Part shown: positions 42,050 to 56,122 of the stretch, piece by piece | Position numbering within the stretch: the stretch's first letter is position 1 | Layout: every line of letters begins with the position of its first letter | Assembly: GCF_009914755.1 (NCBI RefSeq) | Contig: NC_060930.1 | Length of the DNA: 64,000 nt | Strand: one strand, 5' to 3' | DNA from: the human T2T-CHM13v2.0 reference genome, Homo sapiens | Notes under the pieces: model-generated | Seen by the model: the letters and a program-made list of their open reading frames with translations, nothing else | Database searches by the model: none | What the model was told of the DNA's origin: nothing | Program-made: the position numbers and the translations under genes

Positions 42050-42369
42050 ATTTATTTCTTTAGAGACAAGGTCTCACTCTCTCACCCCCAGGCTGGAGTG
42101 CAGTGATGCAATCACTGCTGACTGCAGCTTCCACCTCTCCAGCCCAATCGATGCCTCCACCTCAGCCTCCTGAGTGGCTGGGACCACAGGCGTGTGCTGC
42201 CACATCTGGCTAGGTTTCTTTTTTAATTTTCTAATTTTTTTCTTTTTGTAGAGATGGGAGTCTCCCTTTGTTGCCCTGTGCTGGTCTCAAATTCCTGAGC
42301 TCAAGAGATCCCCTCCACCCCGACCCCACAAATTGCTGGGATTACAGGGATGAGTTGCCATGCCCAGCC
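42050..42369 (-). mobile_element. AluJ-like
   Basis: Diverged reverse Alu (gagacaaggtctcactct...gggattacagg). Confidence 0.85.
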
Positions 42370-45300
42370 AAGGATTTGCATTTTAAAGATCACTACTGTG
42401 CACTTAAAATTATTAGGATAATAGATCTCGTGTCAAGAATTCTTACCAAAATGAAGCAAAATTCGCACACAAAAAAAGAATAAGCAAGGATGGATTCCAG
42501 TCCCCAGTCCTCAAATGAAGGGTTGCACTGTCCTGATAATGTTCTTTCCCTTGGGGAAAACACATCTAAAATCCTTGCAAAAACTCCTCCGAATTAGAGA
42601 GATGAGAAAGAGAGTCAGATGAAGAGAGAACACAGTTCTCATCTTACCTGTGACATTTTTCCTGGGGGCAGGGGTAAGTCAGGGGGCAGTGAGGCTGACA
42701 CAGACACAGAAGGACAGGTGACACCTCTGTGGACCAATGGTCTGGAATTGTCTTCCTGTCCTCTGAATATGAGCTCTCTCTTGGGCTTCCAGAAGTTACT
42801 GGACCTTGAGCAACTTTGATCAAGATTCCCATGTGCTCCTTGTTTTTCTTCTGGCCAATGAGTGGCTTCTATCTGTGGGGACAGATAGCTGAGCATCCCG
42901 AGGTTTATCACATGGTCAGCTGCTCCACTGTGGCTTTATGTGCCCAGGCAGGTCCTTCCTGTCTCCATAGGGCTCCTTTCTCTTACTCTGGTCAGAGCTC
43001 CGCATAGCCCTGGCAGCCCCTGACTCCCTCATCCTAGGGACAGGGAATAGGGCCTTGCAAGGAGTAGACCCAGTTCCAAGTTGGATATGTTGAGTCAGTT
43101 TCTAGTGAGCTGAACTTCATGGCATTGCTCTTGATAAACACAAGATCAAGATCAAATTCAGAGAACCCCTCAGGCAAAAGCTTTCACCATGCTTCACTCC
43201 CAAAGAAAGCACCCCTTGAGGGGTGTTCCAATACAATTTGTGCAGAGAGAAGCCAGTAATGTGGCCCTTTCTTCACCTCAGTAAGAAAAGCTTGGCCCTA
43301 GCCCTCACAGTTTGAAAAGAGTGTCCTCCTATTACAGGCATGGGTATGTATTGGGACTTCTGTGTCCACATTTCACCTGCATTCTCAACTCTCAGGGACC
43401 ACAGCAGGTCTGAGAGATTCTGCCTGTCTTTCTGACACACATCGGGTCAACCCTGTGCACTGACTGATGTCTTAGGACTCAGATTCGGGGTTGCCATGAG
43501 CTCACTGTCATTTTACCTTCTCAGTACTTTTCCCTTGCTCTGATCTCACCTGCCACATTCACTTTAAGAATGCACATTTCTAGATTATTGATTTTCCAAC
43601 TGAGTTGTCCCGAGGGCTGATGTTCTGTAAACAGTTATTTCATTTTCTCTGTTCAAAGATGGTTTGTACCCACCATCTTCATGTAACAGTTTCTTGGTCA
43701 CTTACCATGTGAATATGCAGTCTCTGGGCATGGAGTCCCCTGGACTCTCAATATCTTGTGTCCTGTTTTGCCACCTGATCCTAGTTAGGACAGGCACTGA
43801 AAATCAACACCAATGACGTATTGTTACCCTGAGAGAAAATGTCTTGCTTAAGTGTAGAATAACATTTTCTGTTGTCTCTTGTCACCCCTCCTAGCCTTTT
43901 CCCCACAATCCCACAGTCATGTTGATGCATGCTGAAGGGTGTTATGCCCCACTCTGTTCCTCCCACACTGACCGGCTTTTCTCACCCATCAGCTCTGAAG
44001 TACAAGAGGCTCCTGGACTTCAAGGTGCTCTGCAAGCTCCTCACCTGTATCTGCCTCCCAGTTTCCACAGTGCCCTTTCATGGCCTTTCTCCTGGACATA
44101 CGAAGTGTGCTTCTCAGAGGAGTTTTACTTAGTGGAATTATCTGTCTCTTAAAGTGTAATCTGTATCTTTTGAATGAAAAAAAAAAGACCTACATTTGTT
44201 CTCTCTGGTATGCAGACACCAGACTCTTTTGTGACCCCTGAAATCAGTTTCTCTGTTTCTGATGAACTCTGGAGGTTTTGTCACTGCTGCTGCACTGCTT
44301 TACTTGATTCCAGGAATTCGTCCTTTGTCCTCTGTGGAAGTTTTAGTTCAGGTCTCATTTTTTTCCCTTAAGCACAAGACCCCTCCCTTAATGTAACACC
44401 ACACGTTCTCCAGCGCAGGCCATCTGTTCTATTGAAGCGATTCCAACAGCTTCTGCAATTAACTTGTCAAGAGAAGGAAGAAAAGAAAGAAATGAAATGG
44501 TCAGGTATCCCTTGAAGATTCTGATGGTCACACAGAGGGAAAGAGCCTTGTGTGTGGGACCTTGAGTGTCAGGCCACCTCTTCTCCAAGATGGGCAGGGT
44601 TTGGTCCATCTTCCCAAATGGAGCTAAAGATCCATGCTGGAAATTTCCCTGCTCTAGAACAGACAGCTTGGAGTGATGAGTCATGATGAAGACCTTTCTA
44701 TTGATTCTTCATTGCTGGGGTTTCCAACCTACAGGGATGAGGACTGATGCATCTGTGAATGAGCATGCCATTCCCTGGCAGACACCTGAGTTCATTGCTT
44801 GCTAAGAACTTGGTTCTACATCACTTCTTCTGAAATAGAAGGGCCTGCTGGCTTGTCAGCAAATAAGCAAAGTTTGGCTTGCTGTTTGGAGAAGCCTAAT
44901 TTTATCAGTGTCAGCTCAACATTTAAATTTGAAAAAGGAAATTCAGCATAAGCAAGGTTCACATTCAGGTGTATGCTTAAATTCTAGGTATTCATCTCAT
45001 TCATGAACTCAATCAGTAGCCAGAGTTTCCAGGATGCCTAGGGATTGCCCCCAAGGATCAGTGCTGGTTTGCAGCTACAATACCAGAGTTTGACTCTGAT
45101 GCCACACTCTGAGGGCAGTCCTCACCTATTGTGATAAAACCCTTCAGGTCCTGTGGCGTAGCCATGGCCCATCCTGGACATGTTTAACTTCACCCACCAG
45201 GCACCCATCTCACTAAGAAGACTTTGATGTTCATGAGAAATGAATTTCTGCTGCCTACAGGAAGGAGATAGGACTTCTCTGAACCGTTGAGGCTCCTGCT

Positions 45301-45962
45301 ACCTCCAGAGCAGGCAACAAAGATTAGACCCTGCCAGGAGGGAAGCACACCAGATAAGGATGGAGAATTATCTTGACAAGGGGCATGAAAAAAATTACTG
45401 GATGACAAAAAAAATACATCACCAAAGATCAATAAAACATTTGTAGAACACCCCACGGAGATGTGATCTGCCCACTGTACAGATCAGAAGAGCTTCCTTT
45501 CTTCTTCTGCGTCAGAAAATATCTGCTTGCTGGTCAATGTCCAGAGGATGATGTGAAGATGGGAAAGGACATTTTCCCTGGACACCATTTCTGAAGTTAC
45601 ATCTCTGTGTGTGCTTTCATTGGTGATGCCATTTCTCTTTGCTTTCTCTTCTTTTCTTGGGAAGACTTCTCTGTCTACATTTGTATATTTATTTGGCTGA
45701 CTTTCCCTGAATTTGCTGCCTGACTGAGTAATTTATTTCAAAATAACTACATGGCAAGCTGTTTTATGCTGTTTAACTAAATCCATTGATTGAAGCATTT
45801 TCTGACACCTGGCCGTCCACATGGAGATTTCTCTTTTCCAGTCTTCCTAGTCTGGAAAAGACGTCACCATCCACAGGAAGTGTTTGTCATTGTACCCAAT
45901 CTGGTCTCAGTAGCACCATTTACATACCAATAGTGTAAATCTCTGTGTTTCTTATAGACACA

Positions 45963-46338
45963 TGATATGGTTTGGATTTGTGTCCCCGCCCAAATCTCAT
46001 ATCGAATTGGAGAAGCCTGGTGGGAGGTAACTGGATCATGGAGGCAGATTTCCTCCTTGCTGTTCTCATGACAGTGAGTGAGTTCTCATGAGATCTGATG
46101 GTTGAAAATTGTGTGACCTTCCCCCTTCACTCTCTCTCTTTCTCCTGCCACCATGTGAAGAAGGTGCTTGCTTCCCCTTGGTGTTCTGCCATAAATGTAA
46201 GTTTCCTGAGGCCTCCCAGTTATTCTTCCTGTTAAACCTGTGGAACTATAAGTCAGTTAAACCTCTTTTCTTCATAAATTAGCCAGTTTCAGGTAGTTCT
46301 TTATAGCAGTGTGGTAATGGACATAATGGACTAACACT
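45963..46338 (+). mobile_element. MSTA/THE1-type MaLR solo LTR with internal splice donor (GTAAGT at 46197)
   Basis: tgatatggtttggatttgtgtcccc...ctttatagcagtgtg...ggactaac. Confidence 0.85.
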
Positions 46339-46959
46339 ATCTTGTTCTCTGGTATCTTTATTAAAGCATTTTCAGTGTCTGCTCATGCTCTCTTCTTTAA
46401 CAATAATGTGCTTTCTGTGTTTATTCCTGTGACATGCAGCAGCCAGCACTGCCAGCCCCCATGGCTCTGCATGTCCCCACTGAGGTCCTGTTCCAGTGTC
46501 TGCAAGTCCCTCCTGATATTAACATATAACCACTGGCAATTATCTCAACATTTCTATTTTCTAAATAATTTTCATTTTAAAATCCTCCAGTACCAAAAGT
46601 TGTTTAAGACAAAAACAAATAGTTAATTTCCAGTTAGCAAAGCTTTCTCTTTGTATTAAGTATGCTTTAATCACATATTCAAAAACATGTGGTTTCTATT
46701 TTAATAACTTCTAAAAAATAATTTGGATTTTGTTTTGGGTGGATTATATTGTATGAAATCCCTTGTCTTTTCATATTTTGACCATTGTATTTTAATGTTT
46801 TGTAGCATGTCTTAGAATGAATGCAGGCATTCCTTTGGAGCATATATCCAACGAAAAGGAGTGAAATTACTGGGTCAGCAACTTCTTTTTTTTTTTAATA
46901 TTTGATTAAATGAAATGTTTTACATCTCTCTGTTCCTCTTGCTCTTCTGTACATTATCA

Positions 46960-48480
46960 TTCTTGTGGCTTTTTAAATTCAACTTTTAATTTTTAGATAA
47001 TTGTAGATTCACATGTAGATGCAAGAAATAATGCAAACAGATCCCATACCCAGTTTTCCAGTGGTAACATCATGCAAAATTATATTATAATATTTTTAAT
47101 GTGGGTGTTTATCACTGTAAACTTCTCTCTTAGAACTATTTTGCTGCATCCCATAAGTTTAGGGATGTTGTATTTCCATTTGTGTTTGTCTCAAGATAGT
47201 TTTTAAATTTGCCTTTTGGTTTCTTCTTTGACATACTGATTGTTCAACATGATATTATTTAATTTTCAAAAATTTGTAAATTTTCCAATTTTCTTCCTGT
47301 TACTAACTTTTAATTTATTACCATGGTGGTCAGAAAACAGACTTGATATGATTTTAATCTTCTTAAATTTGTTAAGATTTGTTTTGTGGCTTAATATATG
47401 ATCTATCTTAGAGAATGTTCTGTGTATGCTTGAGAAGAATGGTCATTCTGCTGCTGTTGAATGTAATGTCCCATAAATGTCTCTTAGGACCTCTTGGTCT
47501 ATCGTGTTGTTCAAATCCAAAGTTTCCTTTTTGATTTTGTGTCTGGACAATCTATCCGTTGTTGAAAGTGGGGTATAAAAGTTTCCTGCTAATGTTGTGT
47601 TGCTGTCTGTTTCTCCCTTCATTGTGTTCATATTTTCGTTACATATTTAGGTGCTCTGAACTTGGGTGCACATACACTTAAAATTGTTATATTTTCTTGA
47701 TAAATTGACTCCTTCGATCATTACAAAATTATCTTCTTTGAATCTTGTGGCAGTTTTTAACTGAAAGTCTATTTTATCTGATGTGTGTATAGCCACCCCT
47801 CTTCTCTACTAGCTACCATCTGCATGGAACATCTTTTTCCATCCCTTCACTTTTAGCCTATGTGTGTCCTTAAAGATATATTGAATCCCTCAGATGCAAC
47901 ACATAGTTGGATCTTGGTTTTCTTTTTCTATTCATTCAGCCACTCTATGTCTTTTGATGGAGAATTGAATTCATTTATATTTAAAGTGATTATTGACAGA
48001 TGAGGACCTATTACTGCCATTTGTTCAGGGGTTTCTGACTATTTTGTAGATATTTTGTTCTTTCTTCCTCTTGCTGTATTCCTTTGTAATTTAATGATTT
48101 TTTTGTGTGGTAATATGCTTTGATTTTACTCTTTTTGTCTTGTGTGTACCTACTACAGGTTTTTGTTTGTTGTTGCCATAAGACTTACATAAAATATCTT
48201 ACAGTTTTTAGTCTATGTGAAGCTGCTAATAACTTAACTTCAACTGCATACAAAAACCCTACACTTTAACTTCTTCTCTCTACACATTTTTATGTTATTC
48301 ATGTCACAATTTACATCTTTTCATACTCTGTATCCACCAACAAATTATTATGGCTATAATTGTTTTATTTTATCTTTTAATTTTATACTAGAATTAAAAG
48401 TGACTTATGCCATCAGAGTATGAGAGAAGTCTGAATTGTACTATATTCTTATTTTTACAGTGAGTTTTATACTTTTGAAA
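46960..48480 (-). mobile_element. Old L1M ORF2 (endonuclease region) fragment
   Basis: Antisense peptide AGNFYTPLSTTDRLSRHKIKKETLDLNNTIDQ..RDIYGTLH. Confidence 0.8.
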
Positions 48481-48648
48481 TGAGAAAAGTTCCCTTGTTC
48501 CCCTCGCGGGGCACGTGATGGGGGTGTGGCTTGCTTCTTCAGTGCCCCACTGCTCAAACCTCTAGGGGAGCATACAGATGGGCAGATTGTGGGGCTCCGA
48601 CCCCACGGTGGCATCTAGGGGTGGATGTTTACAGCTCCTGAAGCCCTA
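48481..48648. mobile_element. ERV1-class LTR fragment (MER48-like, tentative)
   Basis: aagttcccttgttcccctcgcggggc..gggggtgtggcttgcttcttcagtgcccc; abrupt GC shift. Confidence 0.5.
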
Positions 48649-50160
48649 GGAGGAGAAACTTCTCATCTGCTAAATGGGGCTCCCTTGCAGCTCTGAGGTT
48701 CTGAGATCTTAATGTGTGCACTGTGTCTTCAGTGCACACAATACCACCCAACACAAATTCAATGCAATTGATTCCCCAGCAGTTGAACTCAATCACAATG
48801 CCACTGGCCTTGTTCTAAAAATTAAAGAACTGCTGCAGGAAGGGCCCTATAAATTTTGTCATCATAACTGCCTGAGCCAGAGATGTGGGGTGTTCCCTGC
48901 CAATCAGGGCAGAACAGGTTGACATGGGCCAATGAAGCCCAGAGGTCCTGGAGGAGATGAAAGTCACACAGGCCCCCTCAGAGATATCTGCCAACGTCAG
49001 TGTTGGGGTCTCTTCTGAAGGACGCTGTCTGTGAGATTGGGAAAGGTACCCAGCAGCCTTGTTTCTGTGGCCCAATACTTTTTCCACCAGACTCCTTCAC
49101 GTGCCTAATTTGGGACATGGTTTCTGAGCTGCAGGTGTTGCCCACTCCAGCCCAGAGATCCCAGAACATCCTGCAAGCTCAGACGCAGGATAAAGGGCCA
49201 CAGGAGCAGGAGCCTCCTCTCTCTGGGCAACTTCAGACTGTTTCCCCACTGTGCTGTCCTAGAAGGGGCTGATGCAGTGAACAGAGCCCTTGGGGCAGGT
49301 GGGGCCTGGGCTCAGCTGCAGAGACCAGGGGACGGGCTGGACCACATTCTCTTTCTGCCATATGCAGCTGCCTTACACTACAAGAGGGGGAAGAAGGGAG
49401 CTGAGGAGGTAAAAAGAGAAAAGACCCAGAGCCAGCGGGCTTTGTCACATCGGCTGTGACAGTTAAACCTGGCATTACTCGTAATTGCTTACATTTACTA
49501 CACATTCATACAGAGGCCATGCTGTGGCTAGGCGTCTCTGGGCTAAGAATGTCTTATTCATTTAGAACTAGTACCTCGGACTCTGATTACGGGCCTTGCT
49601 GCGTGTAAGGAACAGCACTGCTTTAGCATGAAGCCTAGCCTATTGTCAGTGCTCAGAGAGCTCTGACACCAACAATTGGTTTTCCTACGAAGAATCACGT
49701 AATATTTGGGTTATAGAAGCAGGGCAGTGCTAACTGGATGTCCTGAAAGGAATGGACCTGGCATAAGAAGGGATGGAGAGCAGAATTTGAAAAGCATCCA
49801 ATCCTGAAATTGGGCTGGAGGGAGCATGTCCCAAGCCTGTTAGGGACGGCAGGAAATTCATGACCAGTATGAAGGTGAAGCTGGGCACCTGCAGGCAGGC
49901 TGGTCTGCTCTCTCTGCTGTGACCCTCCTCAGGGCAGGCTGTGCTGTCAACAGGTGTTGTGCAATGCCAAGAACCCATGAGAATTCTCACTACGCCAGGG
50001 TTTTGAGGCACCCCTGTTCCCAGGTTCCTTCCTAGAACCCTGGTCGCCTTGGGATGACTGGGGGATTCTAGTTGACTACCCAAGGAAATCTGAAGCTTGG
50101 GAAGTTTGCAATGTTAAGTCTCGGTCCAGAGTCGGACCTGGCTCCGCGCCTGTCTGGCAG

Positions 50161-50320
50161 CAGCAGCAGCAATCCCTATCCGGGTCCAGAGCCCTGCCCA
50201 GTGGATACTGTGTGGTGTTTCCACAAAGTTGCATCTTTGAGCACCTCACAGAGAATCTGGAGCCTCTCAACCAGGACAACGTGAGAAAAAAATCTGAAGA
50301 AAAAGGCCCAGGTGCTTGGG
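50161..50320 (+). pseudogene. MS4A-like exon A (N-terminal cytoplasmic tail)
   Basis: SRALPSGYCVVFPQSCIFEHLTENLEPLNQDNVRK/NLKKKAQVLG|gtaaga vs MS4A6A SQPVPNETIIVLP...AEKPEPTNQ..LKKHLHAEIKVIG; no ATG; +1 in the A7 run at 50286-50292. Confidence 0.75.
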
Positions 50321-51489
50321 GTAAGAACAGCCAAGCAAAGGGCAGAGGCTGAGTGGGTGCCAGGAGGACACTTTGTCACTTTGGAGACAGAGCCTTTGGC
50401 TTAAGGAGTTCCAGGCTGCTCTGGAGGCGTCGGGGGAGGCCTCTGGGACCACCTAGTCATTTTCCGCAAGAAAGTAAGAGATTTCCCAGTTTTGTGCTCA
50501 TGGGGAGCATTCACCTGAGATATAAAACTTTGGCTGCTTAACTCATTTTAAGGGAATAATAACATATTTGCATACACTTTATTTGGAGGCAAAAGAAAAA
50601 AAATAGTCTGTTGAATAAATTATTCTAGATTTTACTTCCCAGGGATTTTTTTTTCTTTCTAAAAATTATAGACAATTCATCTCCTATTCTCCCTTCTTGA
50701 GAAATTAACCATTTGAAAACAGATATGTGCCCTTAGTCTGCCTTCCAATATCTCTCATACGATCCATGATTTTTAAAGAAATACAACTCCATTGCATGAC
50801 CAAAGGGAGGAGGGGGAAATGGAAAGAAGGAGCTGGGCAACACAAGCACCAGGGGGAAGGGCCTGGGGCCCAGGGCCAGCACCTCCCTACTTGTGGGAGC
50901 CTCAGCTGTTCCTTCAATCCCCAGGCCACACCTAACCTTGGGTTGAAAAGTGCTTTCTGGGCTGACTCCGCTGTTAGAACAGGTAGGAGGTTGCTTGGTA
51001 AATGTTGCAAGAATGTGAACTCTTGTGGTAGAAATATTCTGAGGCTGATTCAGAGGCTGCCTGGGACCCCGTCACAGCTCTGGGGTCTGTCTCCCACAAG
51101 GAGCCATGCCCCGAACAGAGGTACCTGTGTCCACTCATCCTGCAGAGAGTGGGAGCCAGTTCCTGCCCCACCTGCTGTCTCCTAAGTGCTTCTTTGTGCC
51201 CAGGAGGGAGAGGGAGCAAAGGGCATGGGAACCTCCTGGGCTGTGACCAGTCATCACCTGGGATCCCACTGCCACAGCTCAGAGCTAAAGACAGAAACAC
51301 CCAGCATTTCACTGCACGCTGATCTCAGCCAGCACTGGGAAGGGCTGGGAGCATGTCCTGCGTGCTTGGTTTCCCATGCCCCTGAGACGCTTTTCCTGCT
51401 TCCGCACTATCTCCTTGGGTTGCACAGAGAGTTCCAGCACTCCGCTTCCCTGGGGAAACTGACAATGACTGGCCCTTGATTGACTCACC

Positions 51490-51940
51490 CAGTGAGTTGG
51501 TTTCCTGGGGCCATGGTAACAAACTACCACAAACCAGATGGCTTTAAAAAAAAAAAACAAAAAAAAAACAAAACAAAACAGAAACTCATGCTCTCCCAAT
51601 TCTGGAGGCCAGAGGCCATAGTCTGAAATCCAGGTCTGGGCAGGGCCAGGCTTTCTCTCCCAGCTCTGGTGTATCCTGGCAGTCCTTGGCTCTCCTTGGT
51701 TGCAGCTGCATCCCTCCCACCTCTGCCTCCGTTTTTGTGTGACATTCTCTCTGCCAGCATCTGCCTGTTTCTCTTGTCTTGTACCTACACCAGTCATACT
51801 GGATTAAAGGCCCTCCCTGCTCCACTCTGATCTCATCTTAACTGACATCCCAATGACATCTACAAATACCCTATTTCCAAAGAAGATCACATTCCCAGGT
51901 ATCAGGGGTTAGGACTTGAACATATCTTTCTGAGGTCACA
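51490..51940 (-). mobile_element. MLT1B/C LTR in an MS4A-like intron
   Basis: ggtaacaaactaccacaaacc...ctggattaaaggcc...ccctatttccaaa. Confidence 0.75.
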
Positions 51941-51965
51941 CCAGGTGACCCTTCTTCCCTAACAG

Positions 51966-52100
51966 ACCATCCAGATCCTCTGTGGCTTTGCAGTTATGAG
52001 CATGGGGATCCTTTTGGCATGTACTTCCTTTCCCTGTCACTTTGGCCCAGTGGTTCTCACCTTGGTGAGGTCTGGATACCCATTCGTAGGAGCCAAGTAT
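51966..52100 (+). pseudogene. MS4A-like exon B (TM1 to start of TM2), 135 nt, open
   Basis: aacag|TIQILCGFAVMSMGILLACTSFPCHFGPVVLTLVRSGYPFVGAKY|gtgagt; about 24/45 identical to recalled MS4A6A TIQILCGMMVLSLGIILAS...AYPFIGPFF. Confidence 0.93.
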
Positions 52101-52811
52101 GTGAGTAGGATGGGTGTTCATGGAGGGTGGTCTCTGGGATGGAGCAGGGCACAGACAACTGATATGCTACCTAGCAATGTCTCTGTGGAGAGCAAAGATG
52201 CAGGAATGGAACTTGTTTTGAGGGCAATCAGCCAGGAGTGAGAGAAGGCCTGGCAGGAGAAGGGGTTTTGCCAATGGGAACAGAATTGATCATCTGGCTC
52301 AAATATCAGTTCTTCCAAAATCCTCATAGTGCCATCCTCGAGGGCCCTGGGAGCCCTGCAGCTTCTCTCTGGGGTGACAATAGCATGTGTAGCCTCAACA
52401 GGGACACTATAAGAATAAAAGAGTGTGCTATTACTATTTATGCCATGATCACAGGAATACCCAGGACTGTCCCTGACACACTGGACATAGGGTCACCCTA
52501 CTTCTCCCTAAGTTCAGGTGACACAAGGAGTAGGAGTGAGGTGGGCAGACAGCAAGTGAGAAATGGGGTGGACAGGGCACACAGTGGGGTGGCCAGGCTG
52601 GTGCATTTGTGGCCCTGTCTATGGGGCCAGCAGGACCAGTGGGGTCAGTAGAGCATATACTGAGCTTGAAGAGGTGGCATGGAGCACTTAGAAGCTCTAT
52701 CTGCTGCTTGTCATCTCTTGGCATGTGGAAGGCCTTCTGCAGAGTTACGCTCCAGACATAGCCTCGGAGTCCTGAATATCCCCCAGGCTCCTGGAATCAA
52801 GGAGTGTCTTA

Positions 52812-53165
52812 GACGGCTTGAGCTGCTTTAACAAAAATACCATAAGCTGGGTGGCTTATAAACAGCAAGCATCTATTACTCACAGTTCTGGAGGCTGGAA
52901 GTCCAAGATCGTGACACCGACAGATTTGGTGTCTGGTGAAGGCTGTTGCTTGTTCATAGATAGAGCGTTCTCGCTGTGTCCTCATGTGGTGGAAGGGCAG
53001 AGGAATCTCTCTGGGTTCCTTTTATAAAGGAAGTAATCCCATTGATGAGGGCTTCACCCTTACGACCTACTCACCTCCCAAAGACCCCACCTCCAGATAC
53101 CATCGCATTGGAGGTTAGGTATTTAGCACATGAAATCTGGGGGCAACAGACATTCAGGCCACAGC
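52812..53165 (-). mobile_element. MLT1A-type LTR
   Basis: aacaaaaataccataagctgggtggcttataaac...cacagttctggaggctggaagtccaagatc. Confidence 0.8.
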
Positions 53166-53977
53166 AAGAAGCTTCAGGAGAAAGCTTTCAGTCTTGTGAA
53201 ATGTGAATGAGGCTTTCCCACAGCCTAGACCTGTCTTCACGCCCCAGCCGCAGCCTCTTGCATTCACGGTGGCTTTTGAGCATCCTCTGACCACTGAGTC
53301 ACAAACCTCCCTGTTCCCTCTCTATCTGGCTATTTTCTTGGTAGGACCAGAAAAACTTTTTTTTATAGTCTTGCCACCATGCCATGTAGTTTTCGTACAT
53401 TGCAGCTATTTCAAATTACTGCATTACCACAGAACACTTTTTCTGTAATAACCCAGAATCAACAGTTTTTTTCTAGCTGTTAACCTGGCCTCAAAATCTT
53501 CCCTTTATTTGGGCCCCCTTTTTCTTCTGTCCTTAACTCTGACTCTGGTAGAGCCCATGGAACTGACAGTTCAAAGCCCGCGTGGCTTTTCTCTCCCCAC
53601 CACAACATCTTCATCTAAATAGAGTCTTGTAACATTTACCTGCCCTCTCTCCCTTGAAAATCACTGTTCCCTGGTCCCTGTTGGGGAGCCTGGGCCTTAA
53701 GCCCCTTTGTCTTTGCCCTAGAAGAACTTCCTCTCCAGCTGAGTCAGGTTCTCATGAGATTCTAGGGGTGGCTTGGCCTCCTATATCCACTTCCCCCAAC
53801 ATTGGCCTGTAGCCACATATGGCCTGGACTTTGGCCCAGCTTCCAGCATGCCCAATAATGTCAGCCCTGTGGGGAAGTTCCTGGAGGTGTACAAGGACGT
53901 GACAATTCAGTGGTAGGGACATCGGGGTGCTTGTTCATGTGGAAACTGACTTTACCATTTTCCTCTTTTCTGAGTAG

Positions 53978-54034
53978 TTTATCATTTCTGGATTGCTGTC
54001 TGTCATTTTGGGAAGAAAATCAAACAAGCATCTG
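53978..54034 (+). pseudogene. MS4A-like exon C (TM2), 57 nt, open
   Basis: gtag|FIISGLLSVILGRKSNKHL|gtgagt; carries the MS4A hallmark FIISG(S)LS. Confidence 0.92.
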
Positions 54035-56122
54035 GTGAGTATAGGAACAACAGTGCCTCACTTACTAAAAAGAGACTTTAGCGGAACCTCATCCAGTTGG
54101 ATCTTTCCAAGGTTCAGACAAAGGAACTGAACCCCAGGTTGCTGACAAGTGTCCTTTGGTCAGTGGCCCTGTGGAAGTACACAGGGCCCACTGATCTGGG
54201 GGACACCTTTCATGATCCTCATTTTGAAGAGAGTCCTGTACCCTCTCCAGGCTCTGGGTGGCTTTATGGGAAAATTCTGCCTCATCATGACACCCTTTGG
54301 TGTTCACTGACCACCGGGGTTCAGGTCCTTGGTGAGCACAGGGGAAAGAGGACAGTGAGAGCATGGGCTGTTAGTTGTGCACCACAGCCTGGGTGAGAAA
54401 AGCATCAATCAAAAGAGATGAGCCTTGCTGGTGGGGGCCAGGAAGGGTGCAGAGTGAAAAGGGGGTGTTCAGTGATGGGTGCACATCTGATTGACAAACT
54501 TTTGCAGAATCATTTCCAGGCCTTTCTTAGGAGGCTAAGAGGCATGGGTTGGGGGACAGAGATGGGTATGGTGGAGATTCTGGTGACCTGGGATTTGGGG
54601 GTCTCCCTGTCCTGACACAGAAGCTGCCAAGAAACTGGCAGCCAAGCCTCAAGGTGGCAGTGCCAGGTTTGGACACTGTCATTCTCTCAGACCTCCCTCA
54701 AAGGATCAGATGCCCTTCTTCATCCCCACCCTCAGCCTCCCCTGAGCCCTCCAGGAAAGCAGCCTGTGTGGATCCCCTAAACAAGGGCAGGAGCACCAGC
54801 CCTACAGAGCAAGCAGCAGCTGGGTGAGGCAGACGGCGGCACAAGGTGGGGACCACGGTGTTCCAGGGCCACTTAGGCTCCTAGGAAATTCACCCGCCAC
54901 CATCCTCAGGGACCTCTTCTTTGAAAAAAAGGGACTTTCTCAGAACATTCTGACAACACGAGTTGTGAATCCCTGGGGCTGTATGGAGAAATGGCCCACG
55001 ACCTTTTTCCATCTCTTCCCCCATCACTGCCCAGCTCTGAGATTGAGCCCCTGGGAAGAGGGCCCGGATCTTTGCCAGAGGCTGCTGGGCATACCTGAGC
55101 ACACGTGCCATGGGCTGTTTGTGACGGGCTGGAACACCTAGCCCAGGTGTCCCAGAAGCCACCACAGACATCAGCCTATTCCTCCCCTGGTGTTGGTCTT
55201 TGAAAAGTGAGTCTGGACACTGCAAAACTGGAATCCAGGTTTCCTACTTTCGAGGGGAGGTAGCCCCCCATGGCGCAGCTGTGATTCTCAGCCTACCTCT
55301 GGGCCGTGCCCCAGCCGGGATCTGAACATCCACCCTCGGCCCCAGGTGCTGTTGCCCCCACACTGAGCCCTCGTACCCCATGCTCCCTGGCCCTCCTGCC
55401 AGGGCACCCTTTTCACAAAGTGGAGTGGATGAAAAGAACAGGAAAGAGCACCAACCCTGCTGCTGTCCCCATATGACAGAGGCTGCTGTGGGGGCATCTG
55501 TTGTACTTGGGTGAGCAGGCCCCTTGGCCTCGAGCTCTACCATGCAGGGGTGCTGCAGACAGAGCCAGGTGATAGGAAAGAGCATGTCTGGGAACCCACC
55601 TGATGACAGCCTCAGCTCAGGATGAGGCAGGAGGCCTCTGGCTAGGCTTAGGGGAGATGGCTGGAGGAACCTCCTCAGGGTGCCAGTGGACTGGGTAAAG
55701 CCAGCAGGGGGCTTGGAGGTCAGGGAAGCTGTGATTTATCAAGCACTGTGGGCATTGCAATATTTTCTCTGTTCGGTTCAGTCCAATGGGACATCAGTTC
55801 TATACATATCTTCCTCTTCCTCTAGCCCTGCTCAGTCCTGGGTGGAGAAGCTACCAGAACCACATCTCCTGTCTGTCCCACCATAAGTCTCTGCTTCATT
55901 CACGCTTTCATGTGTCGTTCATCAAGCAAGCATTTGCCTGTAGGCTTGGGGAGCTCTGAGAGGGGTTGAGAGTGAACAAAATTAATCAAATCGTATAACA
56001 GAAGAGGAAGTCCCATCCTGCTGAGGATCCTGGATGTGAGAACCTGCTGCTGGCCTGGTGGGATCGTGGTGCCCCAGGAGCATGAACTGCTCAGGAGCAG
56101 ACCCTGACCAGATCCCCTGCAG

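Noticed and set aside
44388-45260. Possible death-fold/CARD-like peptides (KLLESLQ.NRWPAL; LLSEMGAWWVKL)
   Set aside because: Too short and generic to support any family assignment.
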